Below the pieces are notes generated by a model, which was not told the DNA's origin, searched no databases, and saw only the letters and a program-made list of their open reading frames with translations. A stretch of DNA of 64,000 nt. It comes from Thermoanaerobaculum sp. GTDB lineage: Bacteria; Acidobacteriota; Thermoanaerobaculia; Multivoradales; UBA5704. The position numbers and the translations under genes were made by a program. Every line of letters begins with the position of its first letter. The first letter of the stretch is position 1. The DNA lies in assembly GCA_021154885.1 (NCBI GenBank), contig JAJKHS010000055.1, positions 1,559 through 65,558 of the forward strand. The letters run 5' to 3'. This document shows, piece by piece, positions 37,660 to 46,954 of the stretch.

Positions 37660-40263
37660 ATGAGCCCCCGTTCCTCTCGCATTCCCCGACCGGCCCGCTT
37701 CGCGGCCGGCCTCCTCGCCTGTTTCACCCTGCTGCTTCTGCTCGCCATGCCAGCCCAGGCGGTCACCCCGCTCGGGGCCACCATCGTCGGCAGCAGCGTG
37801 CAGTTCGCCCTGTTCTCCGCCAACGCGACCCGCGTCGAGGTCTGGACCTTCGCGACCTCTACGGCCTCCACCCCCACGGCCAAGTACGCGCTCACCCAAA
37901 CCGACGTGCCCAACCACATCTGGACGGTCACCGTCTCCGGCCTCGGCGCCGGCACGCTCTATGGCTACCGGGTCTGGGGTCCCAACTGGACCTACAACGC
38001 GAGCTGGACGCCGGGGAGCAGCCTCGGCTTCGTCTCACACGTCGACGCCAACGGTAACCGCTTCAACCCCAACAAGCTGCTCACCGACCCCTACGCCAAA
38101 GCGGTGACCGGCGAGCCTCAGCGGGTGAGCGGCCACTACTCGACCGCCATCCTCGGCGGCACGGACACCTACGCCTATGTCGACAGCGCCGGGGCGATGC
38201 CCAAGTCGATCGTCGTCAGCGACACCTACTCCTGGGGAACCGAGGTCAAGCCGAACATCGCGATGAAGGACTCGGTCGCCTATGAGGTTCACCTGCGAGG
38301 GTTCACCAAGAACGACTCCAGCGTGACCGCCGCCTCGCGCGGCACCTACGACGGCTTCGGTTCCAAGGCCTCTTATTTCAAGACCCTGGGCGTCACCGCC
38401 GTCGAGCTGATGCCCATCCATGAGTATCCGCAGTTCGACGATCCCGTGGGCGGCGCCACTGCCGACCGCATCAACTACTGGGGCTACATGACCACCCAGT
38501 TCTTCGCCCCCAACCGCGAATACCTGTGCACCGACACGAATTCCTGCTCCTTCGTCGCGGGCGAGCAGGTCACCAAGTTCAAGGACATGGTCAAGGCTCT
38601 CCATGCCCAGGGGATCGAGGTGTGGCTCGACGTGGTCTTCAATCACACCTGGGAGGGCGGCGCCTGCTCGGGCAACGCGTTGCGCTATATCAACCTGCGG
38701 GGCATCGACAACGCCAGCTACTACACGCTGGCCGACGACAAGACCTGCTATTGGGATTCGACCGGCACCGGCAACAACCTGAACGCCAGCCGTACCGCGG
38801 TGCGCAACCTCATCGTCGACAGCCTTACCTACTGGGCGAACACCATGCACGTTGACGGCTTCCGCTTCGACCTCGCCTACGAGCTGGGCCGCGAGGGGAC
38901 CGACGGCCGGGTGTTCAACAACAACGCCACGACCCTGGTCTCGATCGCCCAGGCCGCCTCGAACAACGGGTTCAAGGTGATCGCCGAGCCGTGGGATACC
39001 TCCGGCTTCGGCGTCGGCCAGTTCCCCGCCGGCTGGTCCGAGTGGAATGGAAATTATCGCGACAACCTGCGGCAGTACGAGAAGGGGGACAACAGCCAGC
39101 TGGGCAACCTCGGCGCCTCGATCACCGGCACCTGGTCGGGATTCTCGACGCCGCCGGAGAGCGTCAACTTCGTTACCGCCCATGACGGCTTCACCTTGAA
39201 CGACCTCGTCTCCTACAACACCAAGCAGAACGGCACCGGCCCCTGCAACCCCACCGGTGCCGACGCAAGCAGCGGCAACGACACCAACCTCAGTTGGGAC
39301 AGCGGTGGCGACGAGGTGCTGCGCCGCCGGCAGATCCGCAACTTCGCCGCCCAGATGCTTCTCGACCACGGCGTGCCGATGCTCCTGGCCGGCGACGAAT
39401 TCCGCCGTACCCAGAGCGGCAACAACAACGGCTACATGGCCGACAACGCCTGCGGCTGGATCGACTGGAGCCTCCAGACCACCAACCAGAAGACCTACGA
39501 TTTTTTCCGCAAACTGCTCGCCTTCCGCAAGGCCCATCCCGGCCTGCGCCGCTCCGTGGCCGTGGCGGGGGCCGATCACGACGGCGACGGCTATAAAGAC
39601 CTCACCTGGCACGGCACCACGCCCGACATGCCGGACTGGAGCAGCACCTCCCACTCCCTGGCATGGCTGATCGACGGCTCGGCCGCCGAGACCGGGGGCC
39701 CGGCCGATGCGCCCGACCTCTACGTGGCCTCGAACGCCTATTTCGGAAACCTGACCTTCACCATCCCCACCGCTCCCAACAGCAAGTGCTGGTGGCTCGT
39801 GGCCGACACCGGCGACTGGGCCGAGGGGACGGGCAACGTCTATTACGATCCCACGGTCGCGGCCTGGAACTCCCAGCCGCTGCCGAGGATGGGCGGCACC
39901 ACCTATGGCGTCCAGGCCCGCTCGACGCTGGTCCTCGCGGCGCGGCCGTGCAACTCCTCGGAAGCCATCCGAGTCGACTTCACCGTCAACGGCTTCACCA
40001 CCGTATCGGGTCAGGACCTCTACGTGGTGGGGAGCGTTCCCGAGCTGGGCAACTGGGATACGACGAAGGCCATCAAGCTCAACTGGGTGAGCAGCAGCCA
40101 GTGGAGCGGCCCGGTCTTCTTCTTCGCCAGCAAGGGCGCGGCCATTCAGTACAAATATATTTGGAAGCAGGGCGCCACCACCACCTACGAGGGCAGCGCG
40201 AACCGCAACTACACGGTGCCGACTTCGGGCGCGGGCACTCGGAACGATACCTGGCAGCCGTAA
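37660..40263 (+). CDS. secreted GH13 debranching enzyme (isoamylase/GlgX-type) with N-terminal CBM48 and C-terminal CBM20 starch-binding domain
   Basis: Signal peptide; GYRVWGPNW, VYEVHLRGFT, VELMPIHEY, GIEVWLDVVFNHT, DGFRFDLA, IAEPWD; C-term ...VNGFTTVSGQDLYVVGSVPELGNWDTTKAIKLNWVSSSQWSG = CBM20. Confidence 0.82.
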   Translation: MSPRSSRIPRPARFAAGLLACFTLLLLLAMPAQAVTPLGATIVGSSVQFALFSANATRVEVWTFATSTASTPTAKYALTQTDVPNHIWTVTVSGLGAGTLYGYRVWGPNWTYNASWTPGSSLGFVSHVDANGNRFNPNKLLTDPYAKAVTGEPQRVSGHYSTAILGGTDTYAYVDSAGAMPKSIVVSDTYSWGTEVKPNIAMKDSVAYEVHLRGFTKNDSSVTAASRGTYDGFGSKASYFKTLGVTAVELMPIHEYPQFDDPVGGATADRINYWGYMTTQFFAPNREYLCTDTNSCSFVAGEQVTKFKDMVKALHAQGIEVWLDVVFNHTWEGGACSGNALRYINLRGIDNASYYTLADDKTCYWDSTGTGNNLNASRTAVRNLIVDSLTYWANTMHVDGFRFDLAYELGREGTDGRVFNNNATTLVSIAQAASNNGFKVIAEPWDTSGFGVGQFPAGWSEWNGNYRDNLRQYEKGDNSQLGNLGASITGTWSGFSTPPESVNFVTAHDGFTLNDLVSYNTKQNGTGPCNPTGADASSGNDTNLSWDSGGDEVLRRRQIRNFAAQMLLDHGVPMLLAGDEFRRTQSGNNNGYMADNACGWIDWSLQTTNQKTYDFFRKLLAFRKAHPGLRRSVAVAGADHDGDGYKDLTWHGTTPDMPDWSSTSHSLAWLIDGSAAETGGPADAPDLYVASNAYFGNLTFTIPTAPNSKCWWLVADTGDWAEGTGNVYYDPTVAAWNSQPLPRMGGTTYGVQARSTLVLAARPCNSSEAIRVDFTVNGFTTVSGQDLYVVGSVPELGNWDTTKAIKLNWVSSSQWSGPVFFFASKGAAIQYKYIWKQGATTTYEGSANRNYTVPTSGAGTRNDTWQP

Positions 40264-40297
40264 AGGATTGTTGAAGATTGAACCCGCTGCGGAAAGA

Positions 40298-41581
40298 TCA
40301 TCGCCGATCCAGAGCGATCTGCCCCTCTTTCAGAACGACGGCCGGCTGCTCGATCACCGCAATGTCTGCCAGCGGGTTCCCCTTTACCGCCACCAGGTCC
40401 GCGAAGTAGCCGGGGGCGATCCGCCCCAGCTCCTGGTCTTTGCGCAGGACGGCGGCGGCGGTGATCGTCGCCGCCCGCAGGGCCTGCGCCGGCGACATGC
40501 CGTAGGCCACCATCAGCTCCAGCTCGCGGGCGTTCTTGCCGTGGGCGAAGACGCCGACGTCGCTGCCATTGGCGAGGGTCACGCCCGACTTGAGGGCGCG
40601 GGCGAACATCTCGCGGGTCTCCTTGACGCGTTGCGGCTCGGGCTCGCCCGGCTTCCAGCCGGCGTAGCGGGAGACCGCCTCGGTAGCGGCGAGGGTGGGG
40701 ATCAGGGCGACCCCCTTCTGCTTCATCAGGGCGAGAAGCTCGTCGGTCACCGACGTGCCGTGCTCGATCGTCTTCACCCCGGCGAGCACGGCGCGGCGGA
40801 TCCCCTCCTCGGTGTAGGCATGGGCAGCGACGAGGAGCCCTGCGCTCCGCGCCTCGTCCACCGCGGCGGCCATCTCTTCCTGCGTCAAGGTGGGCGTCGT
40901 GATGCCCGGACGGCGGCGGTAGTCGGCGTAGACCTTGATCCAGTCGGCTCCGGCGGCGATCTGCTGGCGCACCGCCTTGCGCATCTCGACCGGGCCGTCC
41001 ACCACCTGCGCGCCTTTCGGAATGTCCCAGCGCGGATCGAACCCTGCAGGACCGTACGAGCCGGTGGCCACGATCGCGCGAGTGGCGGCGAGCACGCGCG
41101 GCCCCGGGATCATCCTCTGTGTGATCGCATCCCGCAGCGCCACGTCCGCGAATCCCGCCCCTTCGGTGCCAAGGTCACGCACGGTCGTGAACCCCGCCTC
41201 CAGGGTGGCCTTGGCGGCCACCACGGCGCGGATCGTCCGCAGCTCCAGCGGCTCCTTGAGCACCTGGTCGTCCCAGGGGGTCTCGTCGTAGGGATGGAGG
41301 AGGAGATGCGAATGCATCTCGATCAGGCCGGGGATCAGGGTCAGCCCCGCGAGGTCGATCTTCCGCGTTCCCGCCGGGGCCGGGAGCGTGCCCGTGGGGC
41401 CGACGTCGGTGATCCGGCCGTTTTCGATCAGCACGTCGCGCCCGTCGAGGAGGCGGTCGCCGGCGGGATCGAGGACTCGCGCACTGGTGAGCAGCAGAGG
41501 AGCGGGAGCCGGCGGCGCGGCCGGCGCGGCGAGAGCCGGCATGGATGCGAGCAGAAGCGCGAGGACCACGAGCCGTTTCAT
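40298..41581 (-). CDS. secreted metal-dependent amidohydrolase-family protein
   Basis: Signal peptide; IPGLIEMHSHLLLHP (HxH), ...VAAHAYTEEG..., ...TLANGSDVGVFAHG. Confidence 0.75.
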   Translation of the reverse strand: MKRLVVLALLLASMPALAAPAAPPAPAPLLLTSARVLDPAGDRLLDGRDVLIENGRITDVGPTGTLPAPAGTRKIDLAGLTLIPGLIEMHSHLLLHPYDETPWDDQVLKEPLELRTIRAVVAAKATLEAGFTTVRDLGTEGAGFADVALRDAITQRMIPGPRVLAATRAIVATGSYGPAGFDPRWDIPKGAQVVDGPVEMRKAVRQQIAAGADWIKVYADYRRRPGITTPTLTQEEMAAAVDEARSAGLLVAAHAYTEEGIRRAVLAGVKTIEHGTSVTDELLALMKQKGVALIPTLAATEAVSRYAGWKPGEPEPQRVKETREMFARALKSGVTLANGSDVGVFAHGKNARELELMVAYGMSPAQALRAATITAAAVLRKDQELGRIAPGYFADLVAVKGNPLADIAVIEQPAVVLKEGQIALDRR

Positions 41582-41591
41582 AGCCCCATCC

Positions 41592-41954
41592 TCACTCGTC
41601 CCGGTGCACGATCGCCGGCGAGAACGCCGGCAGACAGACCGCGATGTACTCCGCCCCGCCCGGCTCGGGGCTGCTGTAGCGCACCCACTCGCCCGGGACC
41701 GACACCACCGCCTGCCCCGCCCTGACGTCGAGGACGCCGCCCTCGTGCTCGACGCGCACCATGCCCTTGAGGATGACGGTGATCTCCTCGAACTCGGGGC
41801 GCTGGCCGGGCTCCTGCCAACCCTCCGGAGAAATCATGCGGGCGATGCTCACCCCGGCGTGGCCCGAATTCACGCGGCCGGCGTACTCCTCGATCTTCTT
41901 CGGCTTGTTGCCCGCCGCCGCGATGACGGTGGGCTGCTCGATCAGTCTCGGCAT
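41592..41954 (-). CDS. cupin-domain protein
   Basis: ~120 aa with GxxxxxGE...H-like beta-barrel pattern; weak. Confidence 0.45.
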   Translation of the reverse strand: MPRLIEQPTVIAAAGNKPKKIEEYAGRVNSGHAGVSIARMISPEGWQEPGQRPEFEEITVILKGMVRVEHEGGVLDVRAGQAVVSVPGEWVRYSSPEPGGAEYIAVCLPAFSPAIVHRDE

Positions 41955-42052
41955 CTCCCTCTCCTCTGAGGACTCCAATCTATCTCGCCGCGCGGAGAAC
42001 GCCAACCGGGCAGGCCCTTGCTATTTTCGTAGCACTCTGCTACTTTCGCAGC

Positions 42053-42442
42053 ATGAACGCCAGCGCCCAACTCGACTTGAGCCGCCGCGAGCGGCAGATC
42101 ATGGACGCGATCTACCGCCTGGGCAGCGCCACCGTTTCGGACGTGATCGTCGAGATGCCGGACCCGCCGAGCTACTCGGCCGTGCGGGCCATGATCGGCA
42201 AGCTCGAGTCCAAGGGCTATCTCGAGCACCGGCAGGAAGGCCCGCGCTATCTCTACCTCGCCACCGTCCCGCGCCAAGAGGCCCGCGAGTCGGCCCTCGC
42301 GCGGCTGGTGCGGACGTTCTTCGACGGCTCGACGGAAAAGGCGGTCACCGCTCTCCTCGGCATGTCGGCCGGGGAGATGAAGGACGAGGAGCTGGACCGT
42401 CTCTCCGCTTTGATCCAAGAGGCCAAGAAAGGGGAACAGTGA
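42053..42442 (+). CDS. blaI: BlaI/MecI/CopY-family transcriptional repressor
   Basis: LSRRERQIMDAIYRLGSATVSDVIVEMPDPPSYSAVRAMIGKLESKGYLEHRQEGPRYLY; stop overlaps next ATG. Confidence 0.8.
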   Translation: MNASAQLDLSRRERQIMDAIYRLGSATVSDVIVEMPDPPSYSAVRAMIGKLESKGYLEHRQEGPRYLYLATVPRQEARESALARLVRTFFDGSTEKAVTALLGMSAGEMKDEELDRLSALIQEAKKGEQ

Positions 42443-44718
42443 TGCTCGATCTCTGGCTTGCCACGCTCCTCGACTCGTCGCTCAAGGGGCTCCTCCTCTG
42501 CCTGGCCGCGGTAGCGGCGGCCCTCGCGTTGCGGCGCTCTTCCGCCGCCGCCCGGCACCTGGTGTGGCGCCTCGCCCTCGCCGGACTGCTCGCCCTCCCG
42601 GCATTGGCGGCTCTGCTCCCCTCCTGGCGTGTCCCCTTCCCGGTGTTCAAGGCAGCGGTGCCGGTGCCGGTAAGAATCGAAATGGCGCCGAGATCTCCTG
42701 TCCCGCCGGCACAATCCGCCGCTGTCATCGTCCCGGACCCGGTCCCCCCCACTCGCGTCACCCCAGAGCCGGAAACGCGGAATTGGACCGTCTCCTGGCA
42801 GGCGGCGGCGTTCGGGGTCTGGCTCGCCGGCTGCCTCGCCGTGCTGAGCTCCCTCGCCGTCGCTCTCCTGCGGGTGCGCTGGCAGAAGCGGCTCGCGCGA
42901 TCGATCCAGGACGAGGACTGGACCGGTCTCCTCGGTCAAGCTTGCACGGACCTGGACGTCCGGCGGCCGGTCGAGCTGGTCCAGGGCAACGCCCAGGCGA
43001 TGCCGATGACCTGGGGCTGGCGCCGGCCCGTGGTCCTGGTGCCGGCCGGGGCCGCGGCCTGGCCCGAGTCGAGGCGCCGGGCAGTGCTCCTCCACGAGCT
43101 CGCCCACGTGGCCCGCGGCGACTATGCGACGCAGATCGCGGCCGAGGTGGTGAGGGCCCTCTACTGGTTCAATCCCCTGGTCTGGACAGCCGCCCGCAAG
43201 CTGCGCCTCGAAAGCGAGCAGGCCTGCGACGACCAGGTGCTCACGGCCGGCGCCAAGGCGGCCGACTACGCCGGGGACCTGCTGGACATCGCCCGCTCGC
43301 TTCGCGCCGTCCGTGCCGCCGCCCCCGCCGGGCTCACCATGGCCCGTCCCTCGCAGCTCGCGGGACGCCTCCTCGCGGTGCTCGACGCCCGGCGTGATCG
43401 CCGCGGCATCTCCCGCCGCCTCGCCCTCCCCGCCTGGCTGGCGGCCGCCTGCGTGGTGATCCCCCTGGCTGCTCTGGCTCCGGCGGCAGAGCCGGTGGCC
43501 CCGGTGGTCCAGGCTCCCCCGGCTCCCGCGGCCCCGGCCGCCCGGAGAGCGGAGCCCGCGCGCCCCGCTCCTCCGGCCAGGCCGTCTGCACCGTCTGCTC
43601 CGTCGGCGCCGTCAGCTCCCGCGGCTCCGTCGGCCCCGGCCGGCAGGTCCACGCACCGGTCGATCTTCAGCAACAACGGCGACCAGACCTACGAGTGGTC
43701 ACAGAACGGCCACCGTGTGCGGATCCGCACGGACGGCAAATTCCAGCTCACCGACGACTGGACCGGCATCGCCCGCCTGGACCACGGCGCCGAGCTGCGG
43801 TTCGAGGAGAGCGACGGCCACACCGAGCGGCGGCTGGACGTCGAGCCGGGGAGCGACGGCCGCCCCGTCTACACCTGGAAGATGGACGGCAAGGAGCGCG
43901 CCTTCGACGCCGAGGGGAGGAAATGGCTGCAGGCCATGCTCCTCGACTTCGTCCGCGGCACCGGCTACGCCGCCGAGGAGCGGGTGGCCGCGATCCTGAA
44001 GCGCCAGGGGCCGGACGGCGTCCTCGCCGAGATCTCGCAGATTCCCAGCGACTACGTGAAGCGGCTCTACTTCGCGCAGCTCTTCGCCAACCGTGGCCTG
44101 GGATCGGACGTCATGGCGCGCGCCCTGCGGCAGGCGGGCCGCGAGATCCACTCGGACTACGACCTCGCCGAGACGCTCGTCGCCGCGGCCCGCTCGCAGG
44201 CGCTCGACGACGCTACGGTCCAGGCCTACAGCGAGGCGTCGCGGTCGATCCACTCCGACTACGATCAGCGGCGGGCCCTCTCCGAGCTCGTGGACAAAGC
44301 CCGGCTCAGCCCCGCGAGCCTCGCCGCGCTGCTGCGGGCGGCGCAGGGGATCGGCGCCAACTACGACCGCGCCGAGCTGCTGGTGAAGGTCGTTCACAAG
44401 GACGCGCTCGGCGACCCCGGAGTCCAGCATGCCTATGCCGAGGCCGCGGCCGGCATCGGCTCCGCCTACGACCGCCGGCGGGCCCTCTCGGCCGCCGTGG
44501 AGCGCGGCGACCTCTCACCGGAGGCTCTGCTCACGGTCCTCCACTCGGCTCGGGGGATCGATGCGGCCTATGACCGCGCCACCCTCCTGGTCGAGATCGC
44601 CCACCGGTATTCTCTTTCGGGCGCGGCGCGCGACACCTATCTCGAAGCTGCCCGCTCGATCGGCTCCGAGTACGATCGCAAACGGGCGGAGGACGCCCTG
44701 GGCCGGTCCGGCCGGTAG
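42442..44718 (+). CDS. blaR1: BlaR1-like M56 membrane metalloprotease signal transducer with unusual C-terminal domain of ~6 repeats (~36 aa, xSDYDxxRAL)
   Basis: LLHELAHVARGD (HExxH) in TM region; Pro/Ala/Ser-rich linker; repeats IHSDYDLAETLV / IHSDYDQRRALSELV / IGANYDRAELLV / IGSAYDRRRALSAAV / IDAAYDRATLLV / IGSEYDRKRAEDAL. Confidence 0.75.
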   Translation: MLDLWLATLLDSSLKGLLLCLAAVAAALALRRSSAAARHLVWRLALAGLLALPALAALLPSWRVPFPVFKAAVPVPVRIEMAPRSPVPPAQSAAVIVPDPVPPTRVTPEPETRNWTVSWQAAAFGVWLAGCLAVLSSLAVALLRVRWQKRLARSIQDEDWTGLLGQACTDLDVRRPVELVQGNAQAMPMTWGWRRPVVLVPAGAAAWPESRRRAVLLHELAHVARGDYATQIAAEVVRALYWFNPLVWTAARKLRLESEQACDDQVLTAGAKAADYAGDLLDIARSLRAVRAAAPAGLTMARPSQLAGRLLAVLDARRDRRGISRRLALPAWLAAACVVIPLAALAPAAEPVAPVVQAPPAPAAPAARRAEPARPAPPARPSAPSAPSAPSAPAAPSAPAGRSTHRSIFSNNGDQTYEWSQNGHRVRIRTDGKFQLTDDWTGIARLDHGAELRFEESDGHTERRLDVEPGSDGRPVYTWKMDGKERAFDAEGRKWLQAMLLDFVRGTGYAAEERVAAILKRQGPDGVLAEISQIPSDYVKRLYFAQLFANRGLGSDVMARALRQAGREIHSDYDLAETLVAAARSQALDDATVQAYSEASRSIHSDYDQRRALSELVDKARLSPASLAALLRAAQGIGANYDRAELLVKVVHKDALGDPGVQHAYAEAAAGIGSAYDRRRALSAAVERGDLSPEALLTVLHSARGIDAAYDRATLLVEIAHRYSLSGAARDTYLEAARSIGSEYDRKRAEDALGRSGR

Positions 44719-44721
44719 GGG

Positions 44722-46887
44722 TCAGTGCTTGACCAGCAGGCTCTTTCCGTCCAGGTTCGTCGTCGGCTTGACGCCGTAGAGGTCGAGGATAGTCGGCATC
44801 ACGTCGCCCATGTAGGCGCCGTTGGGGGCGTTCAGCTTGAAATTGGAGAAGAGGATGCCCTGGACCAGGGGCGGGTAGACCGAGCAGTGGTCGCCGCTCC
44901 AGACCTCGGTGTTGTTCTCGACGATCTCCTTGCCGACGCCGCCCAGGCTGTCCTGCCAGCCCACGCGGTAGCCCTCGTTGTTGGAGGGGATGAGGTCCGG
45001 GATCAGCACCGGATCGTAGACGCCGTCGTACGCCTCGTCGCGGGTGAAGACGTGGGCCACCGGGTGCTCGCCCGTCGCCGGGTCCACGAAGGCCTCGAGA
45101 CCCGCCTTGATCTGGGCCGTCACGGTCTTGTAGTCCTCGCCGGGCTTGACGATCCCCTTCGCCTCGCGGCCCACCTGGTTGACGTAGACCTGTCCGAGGC
45201 CCAGCGCGTAGGCCTTGGTCTTCGACCAGTCGACGTTGACGAAGAAGTTGCCCTTGTCGAAGAGGTCCTCCAGGTTCATCCGCTTGGCGTCCTGGCCGTT
45301 GAGGGTCATGAAACCGTTTTTCACCAGCCAGGTGTTGTAGTTCATGCCGCGCCGGAAGGAGGCGAAGCCGTGGTCGGAGAGGACCATGATCGCCGCGTCC
45401 GGCCGCTTCTGCATCGTCTCGCCCACGATCCTGTCCATGTCCTCGTAGGCCTGGAGGATCGAGCCCCCCCATTTCGCCGCCCCGTCCGCCGTGTAGAGGG
45501 GGTGCTTGGGATCGAAGAAGCGGAACATGATGTGCTGCACCCGGTCGGTGAACTCGAAGTAGTGGACGAGCACGTCCCAGTCGTCCTTGGCGAGAGCCCC
45601 GTTCAGGATCTCCTTGTCCTTGTCGACCGTCATCTTCACGTCGTCGAGGAAAGTCTGCTCGTCCGCCGTGCCGGTGTTCGGCGACCAGGTGTCGATCATC
45701 CAGCCCCGGGTCTTGAACAAGCCGTGCTCCCGGGTGAGGTCGTGGACGAAGCTCGCGGGCGTCGTGACGTCGAAGCCGGGCGGCAGGTGCTCGGGGTCGA
45801 AGTCGAGGGGCGAGAGGTAGAGCTTGATCTCCGGATCGAGCGAGAGCAGCTTGAACTTGCCGATCCCCTTGACCTTGAGGAGGGAGTTGAAAGGGAAAGT
45901 GAAACGAACCCAGTCGCTCCACTGGCCCGGCTTGAGAGTGAGGTCGTTGCCCGAGACCAGGATGCGCAGGCTCTGGCGGTCCGGGCTCACGGTCAGGGCC
46001 ATGGGGATCTTGACGTAATCGGTGGAGCCGTCCGGCTTGGGGAACAGCTCGTTGGGCACCTCCTTGATCTCGGTCTCGACGGTGCCCTTGTTGTCCACCA
46101 GCTCGACCACCTCGACGGAGAAATCGCCGCCCCCCTTGGGGGTGAAGAACAGCTCGGAAGTGAAGTAGAAGGGCTTGCCGATACGCGCCGAAAGGTCCGG
46201 CACGCCGAGGCCGGAGAGGAGCTCGCCGTGCTCGAAGGCTTTGGGCGGGAAGGTGACCGGAATGCGCATCACCCGTACCCGCTTGCCCGCCTGCCCGAGG
46301 AGCTTCCAGAAGGTGTCGCCGTGCTGGTTGTTGATGGCGATGGGCCGTGAAACGGGCAGCAGGCGGGCCGCCGCCATCCCCGCGCCAACCCCGGCCGCGA
46401 TCCCCAGGACCCCGGCGACCGCCGCCGCGACCGGCCAGCGGAGGCGGAAAAGCTTGAGGAGCAGCACGAGCAGCAACGCCACGGCCGCCGCCGCGATGAG
46501 GCCAATCCCCCAGCCGTTGTTCTTGCCGAAGAGGAAGGTCGCCCTCCCCTTCTCGGCGGCGGCGAAGTCGGGGCGGTAGGTCTTGGGATCGCGCTTCAGG
46601 AAGTCGAACACGCCGTGCCGGCCGGGGTTCAAGCCGGTGGAGAAGGTGGACCAGGAGACCGGCGTCTGCGACGGGATGGTGGGGCGCAGGGGGGAGAAGG
46701 TCCCTTGCGCGCGCAGCCTGGCGAGATTCGGCAGCTTGCCCTCGTCCATCCACCGCTGGGTCAGCTTGGCGTCCGCGCCGTCGAAGCCGAGGATGATGAG
46801 CTTCTTGGGTGGCTCGGCGGCCAGAGGCGCTGAGGCGAGCACCAGGAGCGCGAGTAGGGCGTGGGACAGGGAGCGGATCTTCGTCAT
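44722..46887 (-). CDS. alkaline-phosphatase-superfamily phosphodiesterase/nucleotide pyrophosphatase-like protein, secreted/membrane-anchored
   Basis: LIILGFDGAD, GRHGVFDF, VLSDHGF; signal peptide plus internal hydrophobic segment; start ATG 46885-46887. Confidence 0.65.
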   Translation of the reverse strand: MTKIRSLSHALLALLVLASAPLAAEPPKKLIILGFDGADAKLTQRWMDEGKLPNLARLRAQGTFSPLRPTIPSQTPVSWSTFSTGLNPGRHGVFDFLKRDPKTYRPDFAAAEKGRATFLFGKNNGWGIGLIAAAAVALLLVLLLKLFRLRWPVAAAVAGVLGIAAGVGAGMAAARLLPVSRPIAINNQHGDTFWKLLGQAGKRVRVMRIPVTFPPKAFEHGELLSGLGVPDLSARIGKPFYFTSELFFTPKGGGDFSVEVVELVDNKGTVETEIKEVPNELFPKPDGSTDYVKIPMALTVSPDRQSLRILVSGNDLTLKPGQWSDWVRFTFPFNSLLKVKGIGKFKLLSLDPEIKLYLSPLDFDPEHLPPGFDVTTPASFVHDLTREHGLFKTRGWMIDTWSPNTGTADEQTFLDDVKMTVDKDKEILNGALAKDDWDVLVHYFEFTDRVQHIMFRFFDPKHPLYTADGAAKWGGSILQAYEDMDRIVGETMQKRPDAAIMVLSDHGFASFRRGMNYNTWLVKNGFMTLNGQDAKRMNLEDLFDKGNFFVNVDWSKTKAYALGLGQVYVNQVGREAKGIVKPGEDYKTVTAQIKAGLEAFVDPATGEHPVAHVFTRDEAYDGVYDPVLIPDLIPSNNEGYRVGWQDSLGGVGKEIVENNTEVWSGDHCSVYPPLVQGILFSNFKLNAPNGAYMGDVMPTILDLYGVKPTTNLDGKSLLVKH

Positions 46888-46954
46888 ATCGGGACCGGGT
46901 TCCGGGTTAGTGTTGGCGGAGCTGTGCGAGCGGGGGATTCTAGCAAACCGGCGC

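Noticed and set aside
41761-44718. 985-aa ORF for BlaR1
   Set aside because: Upstream 227 codons run antisense through the cupin gene and across blaI; ATG at 42442 overlapping blaI stop is the real start.
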